From contig NC_069007.1 of the NCBI RefSeq assembly GCF_001194135.2, positions 2,445,697 through 2,509,696 on the forward strand: a stretch of DNA of 64,000 bases, given 5' to 3'. Under the pieces are notes generated by a model. The model saw only the letters and a list, made by a program, of their open reading frames with translations. It had not been told where the DNA came from and made no database searches. The translations under genes and the position numbers were made by a program. The stretch is from Octopus bimaculoides (Eukaryota). Position 1 is the stretch's first letter. Every line of letters begins with the position of its first letter. This document shows positions 38,010 through 50,396 of the stretch, piece after piece.

Positions 38010-38671
38010 CCTTTTTTCTCAATATCCACAATGTATTTTTGTTTAAGTGTGTGCGTGTATGCGTCTTTATATGAACTCATATCGCATACACCGATCCAGA
38101 CATTCACAAATCTGCAGATATGCTCACCGCTACACTGCGTAGCTGTGCACATCGCCATATCATGTGTCATTTTTTTCACTTGTGTATATGTACGTGTATA
38201 TACACCTACGTGTATGTGCATGTGCACTCGTTTGTTTCGGGCATGGTATGTTTATGTGAATATGTATTTGCATACGTTTCGATGTGGGCGGGAGGGTTTT
38301 CTACTCTCAACCACAACAGATCAATAGAAACAATTGCTGTCTTCATAAAATTGAAATTCTGTTATCACAGAACAAATGCTTTTCGCTAATAATGTACAGA
38401 AAGAAAAGGAGCTTTTTTCTGCTTGTTTAAATAAAGCAAGGAACTTGGCGTTGTTACAGAGGCTAATGCATATCTTCTAATGCATTTATTGATACAATGT
38501 TACCAGGGTGTGTATGTCACCTGAATTTAATGAAAAGAAAATGCGGCAATCTGTTTCAGAATTCAACAATATCTGCTGTGTGCTTCTACTAGTAAAATTG
38601 TTCTGAAGAATGCAGATTACATTTGTTGTTACACAGAAAGAACCCCTCATTGTTTTATCTTTCTTCGGAAG

Positions 38672-38830
38672 GTGGTGCTGCTCTGGATTTTAATCACATG
38701 AATTGCATTCACAATGGAGCACCGCCCCAAAGGGTTTCTGTTTCAAATACATCGAATGCCAGCACTGAGTGTGTAAAAATTTATAATCGTTTCCTTGTTA
38801 AAAGCATACCTGAACATTACCATGAAGAAC
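38672..38830 (+). CDS. Candidate 159-nt symmetric phase-1 coding exon of an unidentified gene
   Basis: Acceptor ttgttttatctttcttcggaag, donor aac|gtgagt; open frame (G)GAALDFNHMNCIHNGAPPQRVSVSNTSNASTECVKIYNRFLVKSIPEHYHEE, with a stop just inside the intron. Confidence 0.5.
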
Positions 38831-40669
38831 GTGAGTGAATATCTATAACCAAAATAAGTTATTGTTCTACGCAACAAATTCTACTGAGATCTAAATCTTT
38901 GAATATCCATCTCATATCTGTTTATGCTCGTGCATACGTACAATCATACTCATATACATAGTTGCGTCCATAATTAAAAATATTCATACAAAGCATTTTA
39001 TAGGCGAAGGCAGAGAATTGAACTCACGAAGTTCGCCATTCAAACTTGGAATTTGTTTATATCACTATGCATTGTACAATACTCCAGAGCCTTCCTCAAC
39101 AAACTTCCATTCTCTCTATCTCGCGCGCGCTATATATATATATATATACATATAAAGGTCTTCGGCGATTTCGAAGCCTGAACACTCGATAATTCAATAA
39201 AAAAAATAGCTTTCTAGTATGCAATCGGCTGAACATTCAGAGACACATGTAGGAAGAACCTGATGTCCTATATTTATAGCAGGTACCATATTCTACCTAA
39301 TTGTTCAAAGTGTCTATATGATCGCGAAGAGACATGAGTAAAGCCTTGACCCATTCACACTTTGATCCAGTGGCTCAACTAGAATAGATCAGCTGTCAGG
39401 AAGAAGATGGTTACTCTAGTATTCGGGTAGCACACAAATTGATGTGTGTGGTCTGATTTGCTCAAAGTCCCAATAGGCGGCTTTGTTCAGGAATTGAACC
39501 CAAGATAATATCCTCGTGAACAAAACGAACTCCTAAAATAGGGCCTCACAACACACAGCAGTTTAGAGTCATACACAGGACAAATAATTTGAAATAGTAT
39601 CGCTTTAAAATAATATATTTAAGTTGTTTGTTTTATAGAAATTTCAACGTATAGTATCTTTCTGTAACATATCAATAGTCTTCCTTGTTATTATATAAAT
39701 TTTGTTTGATGTCCAACATTAATTTCTCATGACAATTTCGTCCCCTCGTTATTATTATCGATTTTATATATAAATATGTTAGTTTATTATATGCTATTAT
39801 ATTTCATCAACTTTTAACTGTGGAGTAATTACGTCTATCTCGATAACCTACATAGAATATCTGTATGTCTGTGCTTCCCCTGTACCAGTCTAGCGTTAAT
39901 TGTTTAAAATAATATCAATTTAAAATAGTATCAGTTTATATTTTATATATTTGATGTATAACAAGCATTAAGCATATTGTCCGTAACATAAAAATCATCT
40001 TATGATGATATTATATATCTTTGATATCTAGAATTACTTTCTTATGATAACTTCGTCTTATTTTAACATTAAGCTATATTCTTTCTCATATTAACTTTTC
40101 CTACTCATCATTTTCGTTATTGATTTTACCATAAGTATCTTATTTATTTACTTTTATTAACCATATCGTAATTTTTGTCTATCTCCAATAGCCATATCCG
40201 AACTATTTTTTTATTTCTTCTTGATTATCTGATGTTAATGTTCAGTAACTATCTACTTAGATGCCAAAAGTGTACATTTGTATTCCATTTCAGATGATAA
40301 ACTAAACAAGTTCGTTGTTTGTCTCAGTTATTTGGCCTCTCCCTTTAGTAAAATTATAAACCGATGAGGAATCGGTTTTCTCACGTAGCAACAAAGTGTC
40401 ACAGACTTTACATACACCTTACATCAATTAATTAATGTATTTTCTTATGATCTTATTTGCAATAAACAACAACAAATGCAACAACAACGCTAATAATGAT
40501 GATGATGATGATTATGATGACGATGGTGATGATGAGCTTATTTTTCTTGTCTGGTGCACGAAATCTATATGCATATACACATTTACTCACAAACATACAC
40601 ACTCACACACACACACATATATATATATATAAACATATATATATATATATATNNNNNNNNNNGTATGTA

Positions 40670-40708
<39 letters not shown>

Positions 40709-41195
40709 ATATGTATATATATATATTTATGTATGTATATATGTATATATATATATTTATGTATGTATATTTGTATATTAATATAGATAGATACATTTTG
40801 TACGACTCTCTTACACTTTCATTCCTTCAGCCCCTTCATACTTAAATCCTTCTTTCCACTCTTATTTCTTTCGCCCCCCCCTCTCTCACATTTCCTGGTC
40901 TTCCCTTCATTCTCACCTTCCCTTTTTCACTTTACGCTGTCCCTTTTCTTTTTTCTCGTCCTACCCTAAATCTTCTATCCCTCTGCCCCTACCATTCTCC
41001 CCATCCCTCCACGTGACGGGTGTTTGACCAAGCCTGACCTTTCTTTCTTGGTTCGAAAAGCTCATCATGAAATACAAATTAGATTCTTCATGAAGAAGTA
41101 CCTACTGGTATGAATGATTACGATCAACAAAAACGTGTATATATAGTGAGAGAGAGGCAGACAAACACACGGATAGAAATTTAGAAATAGCTAGC

Positions 41196-41234
<39 letters not shown>

Positions 41235-42179
41235 CTAGATAGATAGATAGATAGATAGGTAGATACACATACATATGAATACATACATGCATAGATAAAT
41301 AGATAGATAGTATGTGACTCTGTGTGTGTGTGTGTGTATGCATATATATAGATATGGACATAGATTTATAGAAAGAGGTAGAAATAGATAAAGGTATACA
41401 TACTATACATTCTGGTCTCTCTGGTGTTGCACTTGCGTTACATATGATGGCTACTTTCCTCACATTTTTCACAATAATTTCTATGTGTATACAACATTCA
41501 TACGAATTATTACATTTGGAAGTTCCAAAGTATGGGACTTCAACTTTGCATATATTTAATAAGGACAGTCGAAGCTAACGCTATGTTGTGCTTCACTTGG
41601 TAATGTTCAATATTTAGCGAATGAAGTTATAATATTTCTCTACGTAAACCTATTTTCGTGTCATAATTTCGTAGGCTTACATAAGAGACTTGAATAAGCT
41701 TTACTCTCATATTTTCTGGTAGGCAAATTCAATTTTCTGTTACGTCTTCAGATAATTAATGTCTTGACAGTGACATTTATTGTGCATATAATTAGCTCGG
41801 ATGTTTGTATTTTGAATATATAACATGACATGCCATGGAAATTATACGTTTTGTACTAGCAATATTTTCAAATGCTCTGCTTTCTGCCCATTACATAACT
41901 TACGTGTATCGAAATATAGTTTGACATGTGTTCTAATAATATTCTTACATTTATCTATCTCGCTATACTTGTTTCTCTCTCTCTGACTCTCACTCTCTCT
42001 CTTTCTTTCTTTACTTACTTCTCCATGCGCAGGAACAGCAGTAAAGGCTCGGGTATTAATGTTAGACCAACTTGCGACTTCCTCGAGGCAGTTTCAATCC
42101 CACTCAGGGGGCACCTTGTGTAATTTTCACTTTACTCTGTCTTTCAGTTCCATTTTGGTCGATGGAAACTGTGGAAGCC

Positions 42180-42300
42180 GGTTGTGGTTGTGTGGTTAGA
42201 AGCTTGCTCCCCAACCACATGATTCCGGGTTCAGTCGCACTGCGTGGCACTTTGAAGTGATTGCTACTATAGTCTCGGTCCGACCAAAGTCTTCTGAGTG
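42180..42300 (+). mobile_element. SINE family C 5' part
   Basis: tggttgtgtggttagaagcttgctccccaaccacatgattccgggttcagtcgcactgcgtggcac..ctactatagtctcggtccgaccaaag. Confidence 0.8.
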
Positions 42301-42435
42301 CCTACGATATATATATATTATTTTATTTAAAAGAGTTCAAACTCTGTCTGTTTTTTTTATGTTTTATTTATATTCTTGTAAAATTAGTGTGGGATATAGA
42401 ATATTGAATATATAATATAAAAATATAAAAATATA

Positions 42436-42724
42436 TTGGGTTGAGTCATATATAATTTCCATTTATTGGGAAAAAAATGTAATGACGCATTTCAAGCTCC
42501 CAGTGTTTAGAAAGAGCATTCACCGGTCATTCTTACCTGAGCAGTGAATAAGTGTGCATCATAATTTAAACTAAATTCGTCCTAAACCAGAACTGCTATA
42601 TTATGTTGGCAAACTATCTTTACTCCAAAGTACTGTTGCTGAATATCACTCGTTGTGAGATACACAAATTATAATTTTTAAAATATATTCCACAAAGACG
42701 GGAATTATATATGGCTCAACCCAA
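42436..42724. mobile_element. mariner-type MITE (289 bp) with TA target duplication
   Basis: TIRs ttgggttgagtcatatataatttcc / ggaattatatatggctcaacccaa (1 substitution, 1 indel), flanked by TA at 42434-35 and 42725-26. Confidence 0.85.
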
Positions 42725-42734
42725 TATATGCGCA

Positions 42735-43030
42735 CAGTAGAGTTTTGGTTTGCGAACTTGATTCGTTCCTGAAGGCCGTTCATCACCCGAGTTTTTTTCC
42801 CATAACAAATTCAAGAGAACGAACGGTGAATTCGAGCAGGACGGTTCACTGAACGAAAGTTTGACAGCAACTGACGCTTATCCGCTCGTACTCCCAGCTT
42901 GTCACCAACCGTTGTTGCCGTCTGGCGTGTTCGTTACACGAGACAAGGTTCGTTTCCTGGGTCGAGCCACATTGATCGTTGACCAATATGTTCATGATTA
43001 CAAGCGTTCGTAAACCGAGATTTCTGCTTG
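42735..43030. mobile_element. Tigger/pogo-like MITE
   Basis: Degenerate TIRs cagtagagttttggtttgcgaac / gttcgtaaaccgagatttctgcttg. Confidence 0.6.
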
Positions 43031-43179
43031 TGTATGTATGTATGTATGTGTGTATGTATTGTCATAATTATCTTTACACTTAGAATACAAACAATGTTAC
43101 CTGCAACAACGCAGTTTTTCTTATTTTGTTATTAAATTACATTTTCGTTCTAGCATGCTTCTTCTTCTTCTTCTTCTTC

Positions 43180-43213
<34 letters not shown>

Positions 43214-44160
43214 CATCATCATCATTATCAGTATTATTGTTATTATTATTTGTTTAATGTCAATTTGAATTAATCTCGTAATATATTCATTTAATTTGCT
43301 GATCTAATTTATTAATTAAATTATGTTTTCTTTAATATTCCATTCCCACAAACCACCACCCGCCATCCCCGCACCCACTCCTCATCCTCCTTTTATTAAT
43401 ATTCCTACATTTTTGCGTGACATAATAATTGTCAAAAGCACATCATATTCATTCCTGAAGCGAAACGAATTCTTGGGTACTTTCCCCTTCACATTCTGAA
43501 TATCTTTACATCACAGAAAAAATACCCATACTATTATTACTATTATTATTATTATGTTGTTGTTGTTATTGTTATTTTTAGAAGAATCATTATTACTGTT
43601 ATTATTATTAATATTCGTATCATAACTATTATAATTACTCTTATGCTATTATTATTATTGATCTTACTATTATTATTGGTGTTGTTGTTTTTGTTGTTGT
43701 TATGATTATTCTTTTTTTCTATTGCATTTCATTTATTTTCTAATTAATATCACATTTATAACATTTACACTTTATCAGTTTATCACAAAAAGTTTTCTCC
43801 ATTTTCATTTTTTCTTTTTATTTATTCCTGTATTTTTATTCAATTATTTATTACGTCATGTTTTGGTTTGTATCTTAGTCACAGGACTCTCTGTTATTAT
43901 CAGTGACGAATGCAGAATAATCTCTATCTACGAAACACATTTTATCTCGTTCTGTGTGTCTTAGACATTCTACATCTCTTCCCTTACTCGCTCTTTCTCT
44001 CTCACACTCTCCCTCTCTCCCTTTATCTCTATTTGTCTCATATAAATGCATACATATATTCAAACACAGAAGCAAACCCACGTGCTACACGTTCAAAACA
44101 AGATTATATTTGCAAAATAATCGTTATGGACAAACTTTAAGATTCTAATGATCACCAGTA

Positions 44161-44485
44161 AAGGAGGTGAGTGTTTTTAAGTATCTGGGATCACATGTGA
44201 CGGCAGATGGGGCGTCGGATGAGGAAGTAGGCTATAGAATGAGGGAGAGGAAGAATATACTGTGTGCATGAAAGTGAAAAGAAGTGTGTATGAGGGCGTG
44301 ATTGTGCTGACAATGTTATATGGTGTAGAGACGTGGAGGCTGAGAGAGAGGAGGCGACTAGATGTTTTTAAGATGAAATGTTTGAGGGCTTCGGATAGAA
44401 TGAGGAATGAAGAGGTGCAAAAGGGAGCAGGAATGAGAGAAAAACTAACAACCAAAATAGATTATTGTTGAGGTGGTTTGGGTAA
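44161..44485 (+). mobile_element. RTE-clade LINE reverse transcriptase C-terminal relic
   Basis: KEVSVFKYLGSHVTADGASDEEVGYR..., then KRSVYEGVIVLTMLYGVETW..RRLDVFKMKCLR..DRMRNEEV..LRWFG; hallmark RTE motifs, with deletions and frameshifts. Confidence 0.85.
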
Positions 44486-44640
44486 ACATACAGATTATAA
44501 CGTATTTTGACCTTCAGATGTATCTCCAGAATGGCCAAATTAATTTTCAAGTTAATGGTAACCCACAGAAATAGATTTGCTTCTCATGAGATGGGAGATA
44601 AATGCAAAGTTTCACAGACCTCCAGACCGGTGATAATGTT

Positions 44641-44851
44641 CCGGCAGCATCGTTAGCGCGCCGGGCCGGATGCTTGGTGGCATATCGTTCGACTTTACGT
44701 TCTGAGTTCAAATTACACCGAAGTCGATTTTTTCTTTTTATCTTCTGAAGGTCGATGAAATGAGTACTAGTTGAGTACTGACGTGAATGTACTCTATCTA
44801 GCCCTTCCCCGAAATTGCTGGCCTTGTGCAAAAGTTTGAAAACACTATTAT
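44641..44851 (+). mobile_element. SINE family B
   Basis: ggcagcatcgttagcgcgccgggc..tttacgttctgagttcaaatt..ggtcgatgaaatgagtactagttgagtactg..ccccgaaattgctggccttgtg. Confidence 0.8.
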
Positions 44852-44929
44852 CTTATATAAGAACAGGAGCAAGGATACAAACCTGAGAATAGGATGTTAG
44901 CCAAGTAAAGATATACCAGTAATTGTTTG

Positions 44930-45058
44930 ATGTATTATTTTATCGCTCACGGTAGGATGAAGAGCATATTTGACTCCGGGTGAATTTGAGCGCTTAAAAT
45001 ACTGAACCATGACTACATACCCGGAAAGCATCTCAGCCATTGATATAACGCTTCTGCA
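44930..45058 (-). mobile_element. Degenerate SINE family B-like copy, inverted relative to 44641-44851
   Basis: tattttatcg..ggatgaagagc..tgactccgggtgaatttgag..aagcatctc..taacgcttctgc is the reverse complement of the family B head/body. Confidence 0.5.
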
Positions 45059-45459
45059 TAATTACGGCTTTAAGATGCAGAATGATTGATATCGTATTAG
45101 CCTGTTATCATTGGTATATCAATAAATGATATACGAATGTTGTGCTGATTTAAATATCCAGGCTTTTAGTTAATTTCATGGAGAAATATGCTAATTTGAA
45201 AACTATACAGCGTTTGAAAATGGAAGCACAAAACAAATAATAAATAAATAATAAATTGCCTTCATAAAGTTACAATATTTTAATAATATTTCCTTCTTTT
45301 AAGAAATCACCAAATATTCTATCAGTGTTGAACCATTGAAATATTTAATGATTAAAGTCAACCGTAAATGAAGATAAATTAACAGAATCAATATATCATA
45401 CCATACCAGGTGTAAGTGGGTGCATGCGTATGCGTGTGGTTGAACGTACAGTCACTCAC

Positions 45460-45507
45460 ACACGCATATATATGCATACATATATATATGCGTGTATATA
45501 TGTATGT

Positions 45508-45594
<87 letters not shown>

Positions 45595-45707
45595 TATGCA
45601 TGAATATATCTATAACACGATAGTATACATACTAAAATATATATGCATATATACATGTGTGTATGTGTCTAATATACATATATAAGTATATATATATATG
45701 TATATAC

Positions 45708-45738
<31 letters not shown>

Positions 45739-45799
45739 CATATATAAATGTTTATATATATATGGATGTATGTATATACACATACATATATATAAATCT

Positions 45800-45834
<35 letters not shown>

Positions 45835-45864
45835 AATACATACATTTTGTCCCTACCTATATAT

Positions 45865-45919
<55 letters not shown>

Positions 45920-45930
45920 TATATGTATAT
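45460..45930. repeat. Compound (TA)n/(CA)n microsatellite block
   Basis: Direct reading. Confidence 0.9.
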
Positions 45931-46531
45931 ACATATGCAAATGATATATTTATGCTTGTATATATGCATGCATGTTTGCATATATGTATGCATGTATGTA
46001 TCTATGTGAGTGAATGTTTGTACGTCGGTGTGTGTGTGTGTTTAATTGAACGGCTTCCTTCATTAATACGTTAGATAAACTCGATCACGACATATTTGAA
46101 TTGTAAATATATTTACATAATCTGCTTAAATCAAATGTGCTCATCAAATTTCACAAAAATATAAGAATTCGCGAAGGAGAAATAATTCAAAAAGAAATAT
46201 TAACTGAAATATATATTTTGTTTTTTATGCAAACTATACCGAGACAAGCTTTCAATTATACCTATCACATAGTTACTATCTGAATTCGTATCGAGATATG
46301 TACACAACGTGTTACTCCGTATTTTGTTATTATTATTATTATTTGTATTATAATTGCTTTAAAAATCAATTAGGGATGAATGCTAAAGTGATCTTAATGA
46401 ACGTTAAGAGCGGGTATTTTCGTATTAAAATTTTATATCGCCCGCCTCTTGTTTAATTCATTTGTTTAAAGAGTGGCTACTAAAGATTGGACAAAATACA
46501 CTCGAATTAATCTTTGTATTGCATGTGTAAT

Positions 46532-46532
<1 letters not shown>

Positions 46533-46612
<80 letters not shown>

Positions 46613-46765
46613 GAAGAAGAAGAAGAAGAAGAAGAAGAAGAAGAAGAAGAAGAAGAAGAAGAAGAAGAAGAAGAAGAAGAAGAAGAAGAAGAAGAAGAAG
46701 AAGAAGAAGAAGAAGAAGGATGGTGGTGGTGGTAATGATCATGATGATGATGATGATGACATAGT
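46533..46765. repeat. Compound trinucleotide microsatellite (ACT)~27 (GAA)35 (GGT)n (GAT)n
   Basis: ACT run 46533-46612, GAA run 46613-46717. Confidence 0.95.
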
Positions 46766-47150
46766 TTAAGATTTAATAGTGTACATATCGAAATACGCTA
46801 GCGATTTGTTCTTTAAATCAATAGTTTTAAAACGAATGTATTTCTTTGGCTCGATAAACACGACAGTTTGCTTTCAGACTATTTTTACACTATAAGCAGA
46901 CACCATATGATTCTCCTTCCTCTCTCTCTCTCTTTACATACATATATATATATATATAATTTGCGTTGTGTATCTATGTATACTATAGGAACCGTGACCC
47001 GTTGGGCCACTGGGAAACTCTGAGTTTTCCAGCAACGGTATTTTGTTTCGTGGGATTTTTATTTTTCTCTTTGAGGTAATTCCGCATGCTTTCAGCGAAT
47101 GTGACATCGAAATCACGTATAAATGGCTACTTTCCCCAGAAAAAGAAATA

Positions 47151-47259
47151 TTTGGCTGCTATTTCTTGCACGCCCTGCTACCATGTAACAGGTATTTCGG
47201 GTCCTTCATCGCAAATAGCTGTTACGTGGTAGCAGGGCGTGGTAGAAATAGCAGCCAAA
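47151..47259. repeat. Fold-back hairpin, 41-bp arms, 27-nt loop
   Basis: 47151-47191 vs the reverse complement of 47219-47259: 3 mismatches in 41. Confidence 0.9.
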
Positions 47260-47738
47260 CCTGTAGATATGAGATACGTTGAATGCAATCGAAAAATGCC
47301 TAAGGAGAAAATTATTTCATACTGAGGTTACGAACGGGTCTTTTACGAAATATATATCATATTTTTGTAGTAATTTTTACTTTAGAATATTTTTTAAATA
47401 TGCAAAAAAAAAATTTTTTTAATGGTATTCACTTGAAAATAATTTGTGTAAAGAAAGCTAAAATATAAATACTTACTGTACAAACAACTTACATTTTTGA
47501 AATCATATTTACTTTAAAATATTTCTAAATGATTAAGGTATTGTGTTTAAGAAGAGCGAAAATAGATACAGTTACTGTAAGAAAATCGTATTCTTTCGTT
47601 CTTGGCTTACTGTACAATAGAAAGATAAGAAATTCTTTCTTTCCAGGATGAAGATTATTTTCGAAACATTTTCCCATTATGCGCCAGTTTGGCTTAGTAA
47701 CATTGCAAGCAAGCAAGATTCAAACTGACTTTTAATGT

Positions 47739-47814
<76 letters not shown>

Positions 47815-47841
47815 TGTGCGTGTGTTAGATTTCCTACCCGA

Positions 47842-47900
47842 AGTGTGACAAGGCTGGCCCTTTGAAACACAGAACACAGATACAACAGAAAGAGGAACAA
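47842..47900 (-). mobile_element. SINE family A internal fragment
   Basis: agtgtgacaaggctggccctttgaaa..acaacagaaa. Confidence 0.6.
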
Positions 47901-47904
47901 AGAG

Positions 47905-48478
47905 TGTCTCTTGTAAAATCTTCTTGGCCACAATCTTGGCCTTTGAGTTACATGCAGACCGGTTGATGTCTTTCCGAACCGCTGCTCACACATAGTATTC
48001 CATGGGAATACAATCGTAGCCAGAAATCAGGGTTAATGAGATCGTAGATATTTTCTGACAAACACTTCTCATACTTTCCAGATCCATAGCAAGGAACCCA
48101 ATCCTGCTGCCACATATATAGCATTCCAACGGCAATTCTTTCTAGTTTGGGATTGACCACAGTCTCCAGCAGATTCCCGTCACCGTCTGAATTGAACCTG
48201 AAAACCTGTTCAAAGATGTGTATGAATATCGGCGAGCGAACTCAGTCAGAATGCTTGCGTGTCCCTTCCTGCGTGTCTCTATGGTTTCGTAGTCTCGGTT
48301 GCAGTTGTCCATATAACGTTTTACCGTATTTACTATCATATGACTTTTCCTCAACTAGAACCTTACTCTTTATGCTCCCCAACGCCGTTGACTGTTCACG
48401 AATATATCTAGCTGCTCCTGGGAAAAGGATACACGGAAAAAGAAAACGAAGTGAAATATAGTCCGAACACCTCGTGTA
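47905..48478 (-). mobile_element. Internally deleted Tc1/mariner (DD37D/maT-like) transposon relic
   Basis: Minus strand HIFEQVFRFNSDG..LLETVVNPKLERIAVG..YMWQQDWVPCYGSGK..CLSENIYD..PDFW, frameshift, DCIPMEYYV*AAVRKDINRSACNSKA. A possible N-terminal piece (DYETIETRRK) is fused directly upstream; candidate 5' end tacacgaggtgttc at 48465-48478. Confidence 0.8.
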
Positions 48479-48876
48479 ACAAACATGGCACAGTGACCAA
48501 CTCGTTCGAAGCTTATGCAACAATATGTAAGAATAAATGTTAATGATTATGAAAGAGCAGATAAAACCCCATTTGGCAAAGAGAATCCGGTTGAAGTAGG
48601 AAACACACACGAAGACTCTGATGGCTAATTCTTAGGCATGTGTTAACAATTATTGTGTAAATAGTTTCGTCGTTGGTGATACTCCTGTTTTCAAAGTTAT
48701 TAATGGTGATGATGATGATGATGATGACAAAGAAGAGGAGGAGGAGAAGGTAGGGAAGGACAACGACGACGACCACGATCAAGAAGACGACGATGACGAC
48801 GACAGTGACCATGGCCAGATGCTGCTACTGATGATGATGATGATGATGATATTGAGTCTGCCGCTGCTGCTGCTAC

Positions 48877-48909
<33 letters not shown>

Positions 48910-49340
48910 CGATTATGATGAATATGCAGTTATTGATTATCAATTTCAAAATCTACAAATTCGTCGACATTATCATTAATAAATAAATATTATGGCAGAA
49001 ATATTAGCTATATACATAATATGTGTGGTTGTGTTATATAACCGCGATCATAGATTACACGGAGAGAGATAACGAAATTTCATATGATAATTCATACAAG
49101 ACGGTTCATCAAACGGCTTATTTAAGCAATTCTAGGGTCTACTATATTATATTAAATTATACTAAATTGTACTAAATTATATTAAATTATACTTTCTAAA
49201 CACTAAATGATCAAAGTGTAGGAAAACCAGAGAATGTATTTAGTTGTATGAGTGAAGAAATTTCGCATCAAAATCATGTGTTCAGTATTAGCTCACATCG
49301 CCAGGCCTCGTTCGATTACTCGTAGATTAAATTTGATCAT

Positions 49341-49740
49341 CATTATTATTATTATTACTATTATCATTATTGAGTAAGAGAGCAACGTATGCAATCAAAG
49401 TGACACTGGGGTAAAATATACGAAGCCCAGTATGCTCATCATGATTAACCCTCTGATAAGGGTACACCAGGTACATGCATCACAACCATATGTGTGCAGC
49501 ATGATGATCTCCTATCAAGGTAAACAGCGCATGACGTTACAGGTGGTGGCCAAGGTTTTGAATTTCTGCCAGGTAAGAATCAGCCTCTTTTGCTATCATT
49601 CCTAGGGCACCTATGACAACAGGTATTGTTTTTGACTTGAAGATCCATATTAAACCAATTTCTATTTCAAGATCTTTATACTTGCTCAGTTTTTAGAAGG
49701 TCTTGACTGATACATTTCTATAGATTGGGACAGTCATATC
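49341..49740 (-). mobile_element. 3' end of an R4/Dong-like LINE (restriction-like endonuclease) with 3'UTR and (TAA)n tail
   Basis: Minus strand DMTVPIYRNVSVKTF*KLSKYKDLEIEIGLIWIFKSKTIPVVIGALGMIAK (RLE C-terminal D..VP/KY..L/P..GALG motifs), then UTR and tail. Confidence 0.8.
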
Positions 49741-50396
49741 CTGGTTTGGGGTAAAAGAAAATAGAGGAGGATCAGTTAATTATGACTTTATTCAGCATAT
49801 TCCCCTCTCAGATTTACACACCTATTGCAACGGTCCTTCAGTTTTTCTAAGTCCTGTAAAAGACCACGGGAGGTTGGGGCACCAACGAAGCCGTTCGCGA
49901 TAACTTTAGAACCAGAAAGTTTTCAGCACCCCTCCTATATCACTCCTAATATATATGGCAAGCCTAAACTTTTTGGCCTAATTTTTCAGTTGATCAAAAG
50001 ATCGACCGTCGCTCCTTGTGTATTTAACGCATAATGCAAGTGCAGATATATATATATTCGCCTAACGAAAGGAAATGAGAACTTACGAGAAGAGAGACAC
50101 ATATTCGCAAAACTTACAATAAATGCTATTTCCCCTCGACACAAATATTTTTTTCCAATCCATTGCAATTCACGCGGGAGTAAACGAGTAAACTATTGAT
50201 TTAGTATATTCATACATACCCACCCACATTTATATACATATATCGATGCTTATGTGTAAGTCTGAATAATGGATGCATGTTTCTTTGTACCCATAGGTAT
50301 TTAGCAAGATACCCAGATATACACATATATTTATACATGTATATATTTTGTATGTATATATATATATATATATATGTATACATATATATACCGTAT

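Noticed and set aside
42033-42123. Exon behind a strong acceptor
   Set aside because: The polypyrimidine tract is a (CT)n microsatellite and no convincing donor keeps an open frame.
29334-47700. Chaining weak exon candidates (near 29334, 35879, 41061, 47647) into one gene model
   Set aside because: Phases can be made compatible, but the splice sites are weak and the joined peptide is unrecognisable; such matches are expected by chance in 64 kb.
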